Source: an uncultured Candidatus Saccharibacteria bacterium (lineage in GTDB: Bacteria > Patescibacteriota > Doudnabacteria > UBA920). Taken from it: a stretch of 64,000 nucleotides of DNA. The notes beneath the pieces are model-generated. The model was not told the origin of the DNA. It was given only the letters and a program-made list of their open reading frames with translations, and did not search any database. The position numbers and the translations under genes were made by a program. Location of the stretch: the NCBI GenBank assembly GCA_964416765.1, contig CAYQEU010000002.1:78877-142876 (forward strand), in the 5' to 3' direction. This document shows, one piece after another, positions 37,925 through 47,395 of this stretch; the first letter of the stretch is position 1; each line of letters starts with the position of its first letter.

Positions 37925-37941
37925 ACGGGTTAGTAGTATTC

Positions 37942-38018
37942 TGGTGGGCGATAGAGGATTCGAACCTCTGGCATCTTCGGTGTAAACGAAGCGCTCTGAC
38001 CAGCTGAGCTAATCGCCC
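37942..38018 (-). tRNA. tRNA-Val (anticodon TAC)
   Basis: 77 nt with anticodon loop tttacac and encoded CCA. Confidence 0.85.
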
Positions 38019-38067
38019 TCGGAATTTCCCCAAAAAGCTTCGAGGAGCTTCTTATAGAGGGTGGTCG

Positions 38068-38154
38068 TGGTGCCCAGGAGAGGACTCGAACCTCCATGGG
38101 ATTGCTCCCACTACCACCTCAAGGTAGCGCGTATACCAGTTCCGCCACCTGGGC
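38068..38154 (-). tRNA. tRNA-Leu (anticodon GAG)
   Basis: 87 nt with a long variable arm, anticodon loop ttgaggt and encoded CCA. Confidence 0.85.
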
Positions 38155-38161
38155 TGAAATT

Positions 38162-38190
38162 TTTATCAATTTGCTTAGCAAATCCATCAA
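38162..38190 (-). promoter_or_regulatory. candidate promoter for the Leu-Val-Phe-Gly tRNA operon
   Basis: On the minus strand TTGATG, a 17-nt spacer and GATAAA. The -10 ends 7 nt before the tRNA-Leu 5' end. Confidence 0.4.
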
Positions 38191-38409
38191 ATTATATACT
38201 GTTTCGGTAAAAAAATCCAGTGGCTAAGCACTTCGGGTCGCCAAAAAGCATTAAACTTGGCCTAGCTACCGCCCAACTTCATAATCTCCAATAGAATAGC
38301 GCTTAAAATAATATGACATAACTAAGCCATATTTGTCCCGATTTCGCCCTTGCCCAAGCCAAAGAATATGTTTATTGGCTTATATAAGCCCTAAATTGGC
38401 AAAAATGCG

Positions 38410-38438
38410 TTGACTAAAGGGCCAAAATCTGCTAAAAT
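38410..38438 (+). promoter_or_regulatory. sigma70-like promoter with a long leader of about 165 nt
   Basis: TTGACT, a 17-nt spacer and TAAAAT. The leader contains a hairpin plus T-run (ggtgc…gcac tctttttt) at about 38449-38480. Confidence 0.5.
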
Positions 38439-38613
38439 ATGTATGTAAGGTGCTTATTCGGCACTCTTTTTTATTTTAAAACTTGATAAAAAAGGGTGAG
38501 AAATTGGGCCTTTCCTATAGCTCACCGGGCTTTGGGGAAGCGAAGAAGTACCCTTACGGTCTTTTACAAACCAATCATATTGGCATAAGAAAGGAGTTTG
38601 ATTTCTACATAAA

Positions 38614-39324
38614 ATGAAAGCTTCTTATCCTGCTTTGGAGTCTGCCATAGAGAAGGTAGCGGTAATTATCGCCCTTTTCTCGACCCTGTTCCTGGTTTAT
38701 CCGGAAACTACGGTCCTAGCCTCTGGCTTACAGACCCAAAACGGTGAAACGGCTCAAGTTTTTGAACTCAACTCAAAACAAAATACAGAATTAGTTACAA
38801 TTCAGGCTGTCCCTAAATCAATTACGATTGGCGACATTGTCACTACTAATGACCTGCTCGCTCCTTCTTTGAAGCAGTACTTGCAGTCTAAAGGTTCCCC
38901 GATTGCGGCTTTCGCCGATGAAATTCCGGCAAAGTACAACAACTACAAGCGTGTAATTGCTATTTCCTTCGTGGAAAGCAATATGTGTAAGCGCACTCCT
39001 AAGATCCGCACCAAGCATGGTTCCGTTGAGACCCATAACTGTAGCGGTATCGGTGGGGGAAGCCGCGTATACGGCAGTTACGAAGAATGGTTTGCTGACA
39101 TGAACAACTTGATGAACAAGCCAAACTACGCCAACCGCCCGCTTGAAAAGTTCTTGGGTTACTACGTTGTTCCAGGAAGCAAAAACTGGTTGAACGGTGT
39201 TAAGAAAGTCGAAGGTGACATTGCTTACCTCGAAAACAACGCCGCCCAGCAGTTGGCTTCAATGAAGAATAATCCTTCTTTGAGCATTGCTACCGCCGGC
39301 ACCCCTGAATTAGTAAATAAATAA
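38614..39324 (+). CDS. secreted or membrane-anchored hypothetical protein
   Basis: 236 aa with an N-terminal hydrophobic anchor. An AAGGAG Shine-Dalgarno is present. I recognised no family. Confidence 0.55.
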   Translation: MKASYPALESAIEKVAVIIALFSTLFLVYPETTVLASGLQTQNGETAQVFELNSKQNTELVTIQAVPKSITIGDIVTTNDLLAPSLKQYLQSKGSPIAAFADEIPAKYNNYKRVIAISFVESNMCKRTPKIRTKHGSVETHNCSGIGGGSRVYGSYEEWFADMNNLMNKPNYANRPLEKFLGYYVVPGSKNWLNGVKKVEGDIAYLENNAAQQLASMKNNPSLSIATAGTPELVNK

Positions 39325-39329
39325 GATTC

Positions 39330-39360
39330 TTAAAACCCCCTCGCAAGAGGGGGTTTTGTT
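39330..39360. terminator. bidirectional terminator
   Basis: The sequence aaaaccccctc-gcaa-gagggggtttt sits between convergent genes. Confidence 0.8.
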
Positions 39361-39957
39361 TTATGCTAAATATTTTTCCATCTGGGTTTGGAAACCCGGG
39401 TAGTCCTTATACAGCTCGGCGGAGAAGCCGAACTCTTTTGCCGAATCCACGTTCTCTTGTTTGTCGTCCCAAACCAATACCGTATCTTTTTCCAGATTAC
39501 CTAGCTGGTTGTGAATTGATTCCCAGAATTTAATATCCGGTTTTGCATACCCCAGATACGGGGAGGCAAACATGCCATCGAAATACTCTTTTAAGTCTAC
39601 TACTTCCCACAAATATTCCGCGCGGTATTTTTCATTGCGAGTCTGCAGGTAACACTTGATTCCTCTGTCGCGCAGTCCCAGCACGTAAGACAAAAACTCT
39701 TCATGCTTGGTGCTTTCATATTCAAACCACATCCGCATATATTCTTCTGGCGACTGGGTTGCGCCCCATTCCGGCAGCTTTTTGGCCAGCTCGGTTTTTA
39801 AGTCAGCCTTGCCCGTTAAACAAAGCTGGAATTCATTCTTGAAAAACGGTTCCATCTTTTGCGGATCAAGGCCATTTTTTTCCGCGAAATAAACGCTGAA
39901 AAGTTTAGGCTTCACAACCGCCAGGCCATCAAGATCGAAAAGAATGGTTTTAATCAT
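39361..39957 (-). CDS. HAD-superfamily hydrolase
   Basis: 198 aa with motif I ILFDLDG. Confidence 0.7.
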   Translation of the reverse strand: MIKTILFDLDGLAVVKPKLFSVYFAEKNGLDPQKMEPFFKNEFQLCLTGKADLKTELAKKLPEWGATQSPEEYMRMWFEYESTKHEEFLSYVLGLRDRGIKCYLQTRNEKYRAEYLWEVVDLKEYFDGMFASPYLGYAKPDIKFWESIHNQLGNLEKDTVLVWDDKQENVDSAKEFGFSAELYKDYPGFQTQMEKYLA

Positions 39958-39975
39958 GGAGTGGGTATTACTGGA

Positions 39976-41001
39976 CTAGTTACTCTCCGTTTGCACGGAA
40001 AAATAAATATCTACGAGCGTAAAGAAAACGCACATAGCGAGCGGGCCGAGCAGGAACCCTAACGGTCCGAACAAAGCCAGTCCGCCCATTACGGAGAGGA
40101 AGGCAGCCAAGGGGTGCATGTTCATCCCACTGCCGACAATTTTTGGTCCAAGAAAATTATCAATGAGCCCCACAAAAGTGGCTCCCCATATCGCAAGGCC
40201 GATTCCGTTTGCGGTGTTATCGGTCAGGAACAAGAAAGCCACTGCCGGTGTTATGACTAAAGCGGTGCCGATGCCGGGGATGAGAGCCGCAATGGCAGCC
40301 GCGCCGCCCCATAACGCCGCGTTCGGAACGCCAAAAATGGCAAAGCCAATTCCGGAAAGAGTTCCCTGGATAAGCCCCACGAGCAAATTGCCTTTGGTAA
40401 CTGAAGATACGGCCAAACCGAGACGCGAAAGTATCAATCTGTTATCTTTCTCCGCCAATGGGCTTAACGCGTCAAGACGGCTAACCAATTTGCCGCCATC
40501 TTTCAACAGGAAATAAAAAGCGATTAGAAAAACGAGCGCCTTAAGGATAAGCTGGGCAATGCTGGAAAATATACTGCCAAGGTTTGAAGTGAGAATACCC
40601 AGTCCTTCCTTCGCGTACTGGCTCAGGTCAAATTCAAAATCCTGTGGAAGTGGGAGCACAGACCGGAACCGGTCAAAGATATCTTTCGCGGTCTGGATAA
40701 AATGCCCGTGGTCTTCCGCGAGCGCTTGGTATAGTCCTGAAGCTTCGCGTAAAATGAGCAGTCCCAGCAGGGTGACCGGGATGAGCACAATAACAATCGC
40801 GATCAACTCGGTTAAGAATGCTGAAATGTGAGCACGGTTTTTTGTGTAGGCCAAAATTTTAGTTTGCACCGGCTGGAACAGGTAAGCAAACATGGCGGCC
40901 AAAACCAGTGGAGCAAGGAATGGCCGGACAACAAAAAACACAACAACCAGTGAAGCGATAAGACAGAAAAGCAGGAAATAAACAGAGTTGTTGTGTTTCA
41001 T
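39976..41001 (-). CDS. AI-2E family transporter (PerM/UPF0118)
   Basis: 341 aa with 8 TM helices. The G-rich C-terminal half is typical of AI-2E transporters. Confidence 0.7.
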   Translation of the reverse strand: MKHNNSVYFLLFCLIASLVVVFFVVRPFLAPLVLAAMFAYLFQPVQTKILAYTKNRAHISAFLTELIAIVIVLIPVTLLGLLILREASGLYQALAEDHGHFIQTAKDIFDRFRSVLPLPQDFEFDLSQYAKEGLGILTSNLGSIFSSIAQLILKALVFLIAFYFLLKDGGKLVSRLDALSPLAEKDNRLILSRLGLAVSSVTKGNLLVGLIQGTLSGIGFAIFGVPNAALWGGAAAIAALIPGIGTALVITPAVAFLFLTDNTANGIGLAIWGATFVGLIDNFLGPKIVGSGMNMHPLAAFLSVMGGLALFGPLGFLLGPLAMCVFFTLVDIYFSVQTESN

Positions 41002-41020
41002 ATGTAATTAGGGAAGTTAG

Positions 41021-41107
41021 TGGTGCCCGGGGAGGGAATCGAACCCTCAATCCCTTGCGGGCGGGGGATTTTAAGTCCCCAGCGTATACCAGTTCCGCCA
41101 CCCGGGC
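41021..41107 (-). tRNA. tRNA-Leu (anticodon TAA)
   Basis: 87 nt with a long variable arm, anticodon loop cttaaaa and encoded CCA. Confidence 0.85.
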
Positions 41108-41108
41108 T

Positions 41109-41183
41109 TGGAGGTGCGAGCGGGAATCGAACCCGCGCATAGAGGTTTTGCAGACCCCGGCGTTACCACTTCGCCATCGCACC
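41109..41183 (-). tRNA. tRNA-Cys (anticodon GCA)
   Basis: 75 nt with anticodon loop ctgcaaa, T-loop ttcgatt and encoded CCA. Confidence 0.8.
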
Positions 41184-41225
41184 AGAGGGCCGCGCGAGTT
41201 TGCGCGGCCAGTTCAATTGTATCAC

Positions 41226-42533
41226 CTATTCCGCTTTTTCAGCAGTTTCAGTGGTCTCGGTAGTTTCCGAGCTTGCGGTTTCTTCAGCAGCTTCGGAAGC
41301 AGCGTCAGCCTCGGGGGATTTGCCTGCTTCATCTGTGGCTTCAGCTTTGGCTTCTGCCTTGGCCGGAGCTTCGGTTAACTGCTTGATGGACAAGCCGAGG
41401 CGGTGTTCCGCCGGCTCAATGGAAATAATCTTGAATTCCAATTCCTGTCCCGGCTTTACCACTTCTTCAGCGGCCTTTACCGGTTCGTGGGACAATTCCA
41501 TTAAGTGGGCGAGGCCCTGGATGTCTTTGTCTAATTCCACGAAGACGCCAAACGGCATAATCTTGGACACAGTTCCTTTAACCACCTGGCCGATTTGGTA
41601 TTTCTTTACCGCTTCCTGCCATGGGTCAGTCTGGAGCTGTTTAATGGACAATGACACGCGTCCTTTTTCAATCGCGATAATCTTAGCCTGGACGGAATCG
41701 CCGACATGGAACAAGTCCTTCGGGTTGTCGATGCGCTGCCAGGCCAGTTCAGAGATATGAACCAAACCTTCCAGGTCACCAAACTTAACGAATACACCGA
41801 AGTCAACAACTCCAGTGATGGTACCGGTAACGATGTCGCCGATTTTCAGTTTGGCGAGTTTGTCTTCGGTTTCCTTTTCGAATACAGCCTTTTCGGAAAC
41901 AATCAGCTTTTCTTCATTCGGGTCAGCAGTAATAACCTGAACGTTAAAGTTGGTGCCAACGTAGGTGTTGAGCACGGACAAGATGCGGGACTTGTCGCCT
42001 TCTTCAACGCGAGGGTAGTGTTCCAAGGAGAGCTGGGACACCGGCAAGAAACCAACAACGTTATTGATTTCAACCATAAGACCGCCTTTGTTCGCAGCCA
42101 AAATTTTGGTGCTAACAATTTCCTTGCTTTCGAGCTGGTCGCGCAATTTCTGCCAAACACGCTCGTGGCCGGCCTGACGCATGGACAATTCAACATTGCC
42201 TTCTTTGTTTTCCACTTCCACAACGGAAGCGGTAACAGTATCGCCGGGCTTCAGGGAAGCAAGGGTAGCCTGGTCATCATAGAGTTCGCGGCCGCGAACA
42301 ACACCGATGCCGTAACCTTTAAGTTCAACATACACTTCGTTTTTGCCGACGGAGATCAAAGTTCCTTCGATCATGTCGCCAGGCTTGAGCACGCGGATTT
42401 CCGCGCCAGAGCCGAGCAGGTCGGCCATGTTTTCAGCTTTCGGGTCTCCGCCGGTGGAGATAAGGTTGGCAGGGGTCTGCGCCTGTTCCACGTCGGTTGT
42501 GGCAACCGGGGCTATTGCTTGATTTTCTTCCAT
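41226..42533 (-). CDS. rpsA: 30S ribosomal protein S1
   Basis: 435 aa with four S1 (OB-fold) repeats and an acidic A/E/T-rich C-terminal tail. Confidence 0.9.
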   Translation of the reverse strand: MEENQAIAPVATTDVEQAQTPANLISTGGDPKAENMADLLGSGAEIRVLKPGDMIEGTLISVGKNEVYVELKGYGIGVVRGRELYDDQATLASLKPGDTVTASVVEVENKEGNVELSMRQAGHERVWQKLRDQLESKEIVSTKILAANKGGLMVEINNVVGFLPVSQLSLEHYPRVEEGDKSRILSVLNTYVGTNFNVQVITADPNEEKLIVSEKAVFEKETEDKLAKLKIGDIVTGTITGVVDFGVFVKFGDLEGLVHISELAWQRIDNPKDLFHVGDSVQAKIIAIEKGRVSLSIKQLQTDPWQEAVKKYQIGQVVKGTVSKIMPFGVFVELDKDIQGLAHLMELSHEPVKAAEEVVKPGQELEFKIISIEPAEHRLGLSIKQLTEAPAKAEAKAEATDEAGKSPEADAASEAAEETASSETTETTETAEKAE

Positions 42534-42797
42534 ATTAATCTTTCCTAATATACGAACGCTCTACTAGAAATAAAAAACAACGCGCTACATTATACCGTAA
42601 GGTAAAGCCCGTCGTTGAGTTCAAATGTAAAAACGCTATTCATATATTAATTATTAAACGCGCCATTACATAGACTTACCGGGGGTTAATGGTTTTTAGG
42701 CGCGTGCGCCGATAAGTAAAGATATTCTACTATATTTAAGCCCTTTTGACAAGGCTGAAATAGGGGGTTTGACCACCCCTAAAAACCGGTTTTTTGT

Positions 42798-42826
42798 TTG
42801 TCCAAACACCGAAAAAATGCTATAAT
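42798..42826 (+). promoter_or_regulatory. sigma70-like promoter
   Basis: TTGTCC, a 17-nt spacer and TATAAT. It is preceded by a terminator-like hairpin at about 42752-42795. Confidence 0.5.
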
Positions 42827-42878
42827 TATTGGGCTTTTGAGTATTTATCGGCCTTATAGGGCCACCTATCAATTCTTC

Positions 42879-43478
42879 ATGCAAATCCACTATTTTGGCC
42901 TGTCGAGTTTTAAGATCGTTACTAAGGAAGCCACTGTAATTACTGACCCATTCGACAAGAAATCCGGCCTCACCCCGCCGCGGGGCGCAGCCGATATTTT
43001 AATTTTGTCCGAAAAAGAGAACCCCATGTATTCGGCCATTAGCGGCATTTCCGGTGAACCCTTCATGGTTAATGATCCGGGCGAATACGACACTAAGGGA
43101 GTCACCGTTACCGGACTGCCCATCAAGCAGGCTAACGGCTACGTTTCCATCTTTTTAATAGAAAGCGAAGACATTAAGATTTTGGACCTGTCCCACATCA
43201 AAGACTTTGCGATTAAGGCCGATGAACTGGAAGCACTGGGACAAATCGACATCTTAATAATTCCAGTTGGCGGAGGGGAAGTGCTCGACGCCAGCACCGC
43301 CAGCAAAATAGTAAATGACATCCAGCCTAAAATTGTCATTCCCTCCCACTACCAGAAACCCGAAGCATTTGTAAAAGAAATGGGAGGCAAAGCCGAACCC
43401 ATGGACAAACTTCTCATCAAGAAAAAAGACCTTAATGAAGAGGGGACCAAAGTAGTAATATTAACGCCGCTGCGCTAA
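42879..43478 (+). CDS. MBL-fold metal-dependent hydrolase (UPF0173 family)
   Basis: 199 aa from MQIHYFGLSSFKI onward. The longer ORF would include the promoter, so that start is rejected. Confidence 0.65.
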   Translation: MQIHYFGLSSFKIVTKEATVITDPFDKKSGLTPPRGAADILILSEKENPMYSAISGISGEPFMVNDPGEYDTKGVTVTGLPIKQANGYVSIFLIESEDIKILDLSHIKDFAIKADELEALGQIDILIIPVGGGEVLDASTASKIVNDIQPKIVIPSHYQKPEAFVKEMGGKAEPMDKLLIKKKDLNEEGTKVVILTPLR

Positions 43479-43687
43479 TGGGAATTATTGAGAACATCCG
43501 CAACAAGCCGCAAGAAACCCGTGTGAGAATAATTTGGGTTACCTGCGCCGTGGTAGTAGTGATTCTCTTGGTGGCGTGGGTACTGGTCGGGCGCATAGAC
43601 ATGAATTCCAACGAATCATTCATTGGCCAGGTACTACACCGAATCGGACACCCGTCCCAAACTTTCCCCGGATTATTTAACCGCTAA
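43478..43687 (+). CDS. small membrane protein, hypothetical
   Basis: 69 aa with one TM helix. The start overlaps the upstream stop (TAATG). Confidence 0.4.
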   Translation: MGIIENIRNKPQETRVRIIWVTCAVVVVILLVAWVLVGRIDMNSNESFIGQVLHRIGHPSQTFPGLFNR

Positions 43688-43713
43688 CAACAAGCTTTAC
43701 TAATTTATAGACC

Positions 43714-46191
43714 ATGCCAAAAGACGCAAGCCAAGAATTGACCCACGACCTAATCGGCAAAGTTACCTCCCGCAGTATTGAGAATGAAATGCAGGAGTCT
43801 TATTTGGATTACGCGATGAGCGTAATTGTTTCCCGCGCGTTGCCGGATGTCCGCGACGGACTCAAGCCGGTACACCGCCGCATCCTGCACTCCATGAATG
43901 AGCAGGGTCTGCGCGCCAACGCCAAGTTCCGCAAGTCCGCTTCAGTTGTAGGTGACGTGCTGGCAAAATACCACCCGCATGGCGACTCAGCCGTTTACGA
44001 CTCCATGGTACATATGGCGCAAGACTTTGCCATGCGTTACCCGCTAGTTACCGGACAGGGAAACTTTGGTTCCATGGACGGCGACCGCGCCGCTGCCTAC
44101 CGTTATACTGAGGCAAAAATGAGCGCTTTAGCCGAGGTTTTATTGGAAGATATCGATAAAGATACTGTTGATTTCCGCGATAACTTTGACGCCTCCCACA
44201 GGGAACCCAGCGTTTTGCCGGGCAAACTTCCGAACCTTCTCCTAAACGGAACCCTCGGTATTGCCGTTGGTATGGCCACCGACATCCCTCCCCATAACCT
44301 CAACGAAGTTGCTGACGCGATTGTGGAACTGATTGAAAACCCCGACAGCACCGTGGAAGACCTGGCCGAAATCATCAAAGGCCCCGACTTCCCAACCGGA
44401 GGTATCATTTACGACAAAGCCGCCATCAAAGCCGCTTATGCCGCCGGTAAGGGCAGTATAGTTATGCGCGCGCGTACTGAAATTGAAGAAACCAAGTCAT
44501 CGGCCATGCGCATCCTGATTACCGAGATTCCTTACCGCGTTAACAAGGCAACTTTGCTTGAACGCATTGCCGATCTGGTCCGCGACAAAAAGATTGAGGG
44601 GATTAAGGACGTCCGCGACGAAAGCGACAAGGACGGCGTGCGCGTGGTAGTGGATCTGAAAAAAGAAGCACTGGCCAATAAAATTTTGAACCAGCTGTTT
44701 TCATACACCCAACTCCAGGAAACTTTTCACATGAACACGCTGGCGCTGGTAGACGGGATTGAACCGCATGTACTGAACCTGAAAACCATTTTGGAAAAGT
44801 ACCTGGAGCACCGCCAGGTGGTCGTGCGCCGTCGCACTGAATACGAATTGAAGAAAGCGAAAGAGCGCGCCCACATTTTGGAAGGACTAAAGAAAGCCCT
44901 CGACCATATCGACGAAGTTATTGCCACCATCAAGAAGAGTCCGACCAAAGAAGAAGCATTCAATAACTTAATTAAAAAGTTTAAGCTTTCAGAAATCCAA
45001 GCCCACGCAATTTTGGAAATGCGTTTGCAAACCCTTGCCGGTTTGGAGCGCAAGAAAATTGAAGATGAATTGGCCGAGAAGTTGAAGCTCATCGCTGAAT
45101 TGGAAAGTATCCTAGGCTCCCAAAAGAAAATCCTGGGTATTGTGAAGAAAGAAGTATTGGAAGTTAAGGAAAAGTTCGGGGACGAACGCCGCACCCAGAT
45201 TGTGGCAGCCCCGCTCGGCAGCTTTAACGCAGAAGACCTAATTCCAGAAAACACCATCATTATTACCGTTACCAAATCCGGTTACATAAAACGAATGACC
45301 CCTGACGCCTACAAACAGCAAAGCCGCGGCGGCAAGGGTGTGATTGGCCAAAGCCTAAAAGAAGAGGATGTTGTCGACACTATTCTTACCGCTACTACCC
45401 ACGACGATATCATGTTTTTCACCAATAAAGGCCGGGTTTTTGTGACTAAAGCTTATGAACTGCCCGAAGGGTCCCGCACCAGCAAAGGGCAGGCCCTGGT
45501 TAACTTCCTGCAGTTGGGCAACGGGGAATATTCTACCGCCGTACTGGCTATGTCCAAAAAATCAACCGCCAAGTTCCTGGTTATGGCTACCCGCAACGGG
45601 TTGGTCAAAAAAGTTTCCCGGGATGATTTCCTAAAAGTGCGCCGCAGCGGCATCATCGCTATTGGTCTTAAAGGCGACGACGAATTGAAGTGGGCCAAGA
45701 CAAGTGGTGGAAATGATGAAATCATGCTGTCCACCGAAGATGGCCAGGCCATTCGTTTCTCCGAAAATGACATCCGCGCCATGGGCCGGGCCGCAGCTGG
45801 CGTTACCGGTATTCGTCTGCGCAAAGGCGACCACGTAATTTCCATGGACGTGATAAACAAAGAGATGGAAAGCCGCAATCTGGAAGTACTCGTGATCACG
45901 GAAAAGGGACTCGGCAAGAAGACTGAACTTTCCAATTACAAAATCCAAAAGCGCGCCGGCAGCGGAATAAAGACCGTGAAGATAACCGATAAGACCGGTA
46001 AAATAGTTGCCATGGCGATCCTCGACGGGTCCATGGAACAAGACCTGGTTATCCTTTCCAAAAAAGGGCAGGCCATTCGCACTTCCATAAAATCTATCGC
46101 GACTTTGTCCCGCGCGACTCAAGGGGTAAAAGTAATGCGGCTGGACGACGGTGACCAGGTCGGCAGCGCCACTATCGTAGACGCGGCATGA
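43714..46191 (+). CDS. gyrA: DNA gyrase subunit A
   Basis: 825 aa with the active-site region [23 protein letters not shown] and a GyrA-box QQSRGGKG in the C-terminal domain. Confidence 0.93.
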   Translation: MPKDASQELTHDLIGKVTSRSIENEMQESYLDYAMSVIVSRALPDVRDGLKPVHRRILHSMNEQGLRANAKFRKSASVVGDVLAKYHPHGDSAVYDSMVHMAQDFAMRYPLVTGQGNFGSMDGDRAAAYRYTEAKMSALAEVLLEDIDKDTVDFRDNFDASHREPSVLPGKLPNLLLNGTLGIAVGMATDIPPHNLNEVADAIVELIENPDSTVEDLAEIIKGPDFPTGGIIYDKAAIKAAYAAGKGSIVMRARTEIEETKSSAMRILITEIPYRVNKATLLERIADLVRDKKIEGIKDVRDESDKDGVRVVVDLKKEALANKILNQLFSYTQLQETFHMNTLALVDGIEPHVLNLKTILEKYLEHRQVVVRRRTEYELKKAKERAHILEGLKKALDHIDEVIATIKKSPTKEEAFNNLIKKFKLSEIQAHAILEMRLQTLAGLERKKIEDELAEKLKLIAELESILGSQKKILGIVKKEVLEVKEKFGDERRTQIVAAPLGSFNAEDLIPENTIIITVTKSGYIKRMTPDAYKQQSRGGKGVIGQSLKEEDVVDTILTATTHDDIMFFTNKGRVFVTKAYELPEGSRTSKGQALVNFLQLGNGEYSTAVLAMSKKSTAKFLVMATRNGLVKKVSRDDFLKVRRSGIIAIGLKGDDELKWAKTSGGNDEIMLSTEDGQAIRFSENDIRAMGRAAAGVTGIRLRKGDHVISMDVINKEMESRNLEVLVITEKGLGKKTELSNYKIQKRAGSGIKTVKITDKTGKIVAMAILDGSMEQDLVILSKKGQAIRTSIKSIATLSRATQGVKVMRLDDGDQVGSATIVDAA

Positions 46192-46775
46192 TAAAAACTA
46201 TAGCGTTTGACTTTGGCGATGTCTTAATGAAAGACACCGTCAAGGCTATTGAATGTAAATACTGGAATAACAAAGTTTCCCAGGCAAACAAGAATAAATT
46301 CCTTGCGGCTTTGCATAAGACCGACACGGGAAAAGCAAGTGAAACCGCGCTAATCATAGCCATCAGACAGACTCTGGCCCCGAACCTCTCGGAACAACAG
46401 ATCCGCAAGCAGATATTCAAAAGCAAAACCTTGCCGCCCTGGAAACTATTGCTCCGGGTAGCGAAAGACTATCCGGTCGCGATTTTGACCAATAACTCAC
46501 GCCGCGGTCCTGAAACTTTTGCCAAACTATTAAAGATGGACTTGCGTCCGTATAAGATAATCAACTCCTCGCATATCGGGGTTCGTAAGCCTCACCAGCA
46601 GTTTTACCTTAAGGCCCTGAAAAAGTTAAAACTCAAGCCCGCTGAACTTATCTTCATAGATGACGTAAAAGCCAACGTAGTTGCCGCAAAAAAAGTGGGC
46701 ATCAAAGCAGTACAATACCGCGGAAACATGCAGGAAATCCGCTCATTTATGAAAAAGCAGGGTATTAAAGTATAA
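46188..46775 (+). CDS. HAD-superfamily hydrolase
   Basis: 195 aa with motif [10 protein letters not shown]. It overlaps the gyrA stop. Confidence 0.7.
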   Translation: MIKTIAFDFGDVLMKDTVKAIECKYWNNKVSQANKNKFLAALHKTDTGKASETALIIAIRQTLAPNLSEQQIRKQIFKSKTLPPWKLLLRVAKDYPVAILTNNSRRGPETFAKLLKMDLRPYKIINSSHIGVRKPHQQFYLKALKKLKLKPAELIFIDDVKANVVAAKKVGIKAVQYRGNMQEIRSFMKKQGIKV

Positions 46776-46788
46776 TAGTCTAGTATTG

Positions 46789-46865
46789 GCGCGTGTAGCT
46801 CAGTTGGTTAGAGCAGACGTCTTATACACGTCCGGTCCCTGGTTCGAGTCCAGGCACGCGCACCA
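46789..46865 (+). tRNA. tRNA-Ile (anticodon TAT, reading AUA)
   Basis: 77 nt with anticodon stem gacgt/acgtc, loop cttatac and encoded CCA. Confidence 0.75.
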
Positions 46866-46873
46866 GCAATTCT

Positions 46874-47395
46874 ATGAAAAACAGAAAGCAAGCAATCAAA
46901 AATTCCATCTGGAAGGTTTACACGGTAATACAGTTCTCTATTCGTCCGTTTCATCCTGTACTCCGAGTAATACTATTTAAACTTCGTATTGTTCGCCACG
47001 GGACACGCCAGCCGTATTTGATTGGCCATCTAAAAAACGAAGTCACCGTAAGCGAATTTAAATCTTACTTGCTAAGCAAAGGTTTTGAAACACCTTTCGC
47101 CATGTGGCTGGACGAGGGAGAAGTTTTAAGCATCAGATACAGGCCAGTGTTTGAATTTCAATACCACATCCGTGTCTATGAGAACAAAGAAGTACGGTGC
47201 CATTACGAAATAACACCCGAGGAAGCGCCGCTAGACCATTTAACGGACCGGTTCACGGAACCACGGCGGGAAGAATTTATGGAATGGCTGGAAGGCTGGA
47301 TTATCCCAACCACTCATTCCGACGATTTTATATTAGAAAAAACTATGTCCCACAACGCACTCGCTGCATCACGCACTGGACCGGAAAACGGGTAG
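46874..47395 (+). CDS. hypothetical protein; the start is uncertain and may be 47102
   Basis: It begins 9 nt after the tRNA and overlaps the 3' end of the convergent ATP-grasp gene by 82 nt. Confidence 0.3.
   Translation: MKNRKQAIKNSIWKVYTVIQFSIRPFHPVLRVILFKLRIVRHGTRQPYLIGHLKNEVTVSEFKSYLLSKGFETPFAMWLDEGEVLSIRYRPVFEFQYHIRVYENKEVRCHYEITPEEAPLDHLTDRFTEPRREEFMEWLEGWIIPTTHSDDFILEKTMSHNALAASRTGPENG

Noticed and set aside
44103-46122. Several minus-strand ORFs of 100-180 aa inside gyrA
   Set aside because: They are antisense to an unambiguous gyrA reading frame, with Ser/Arg-rich low-complexity translations.
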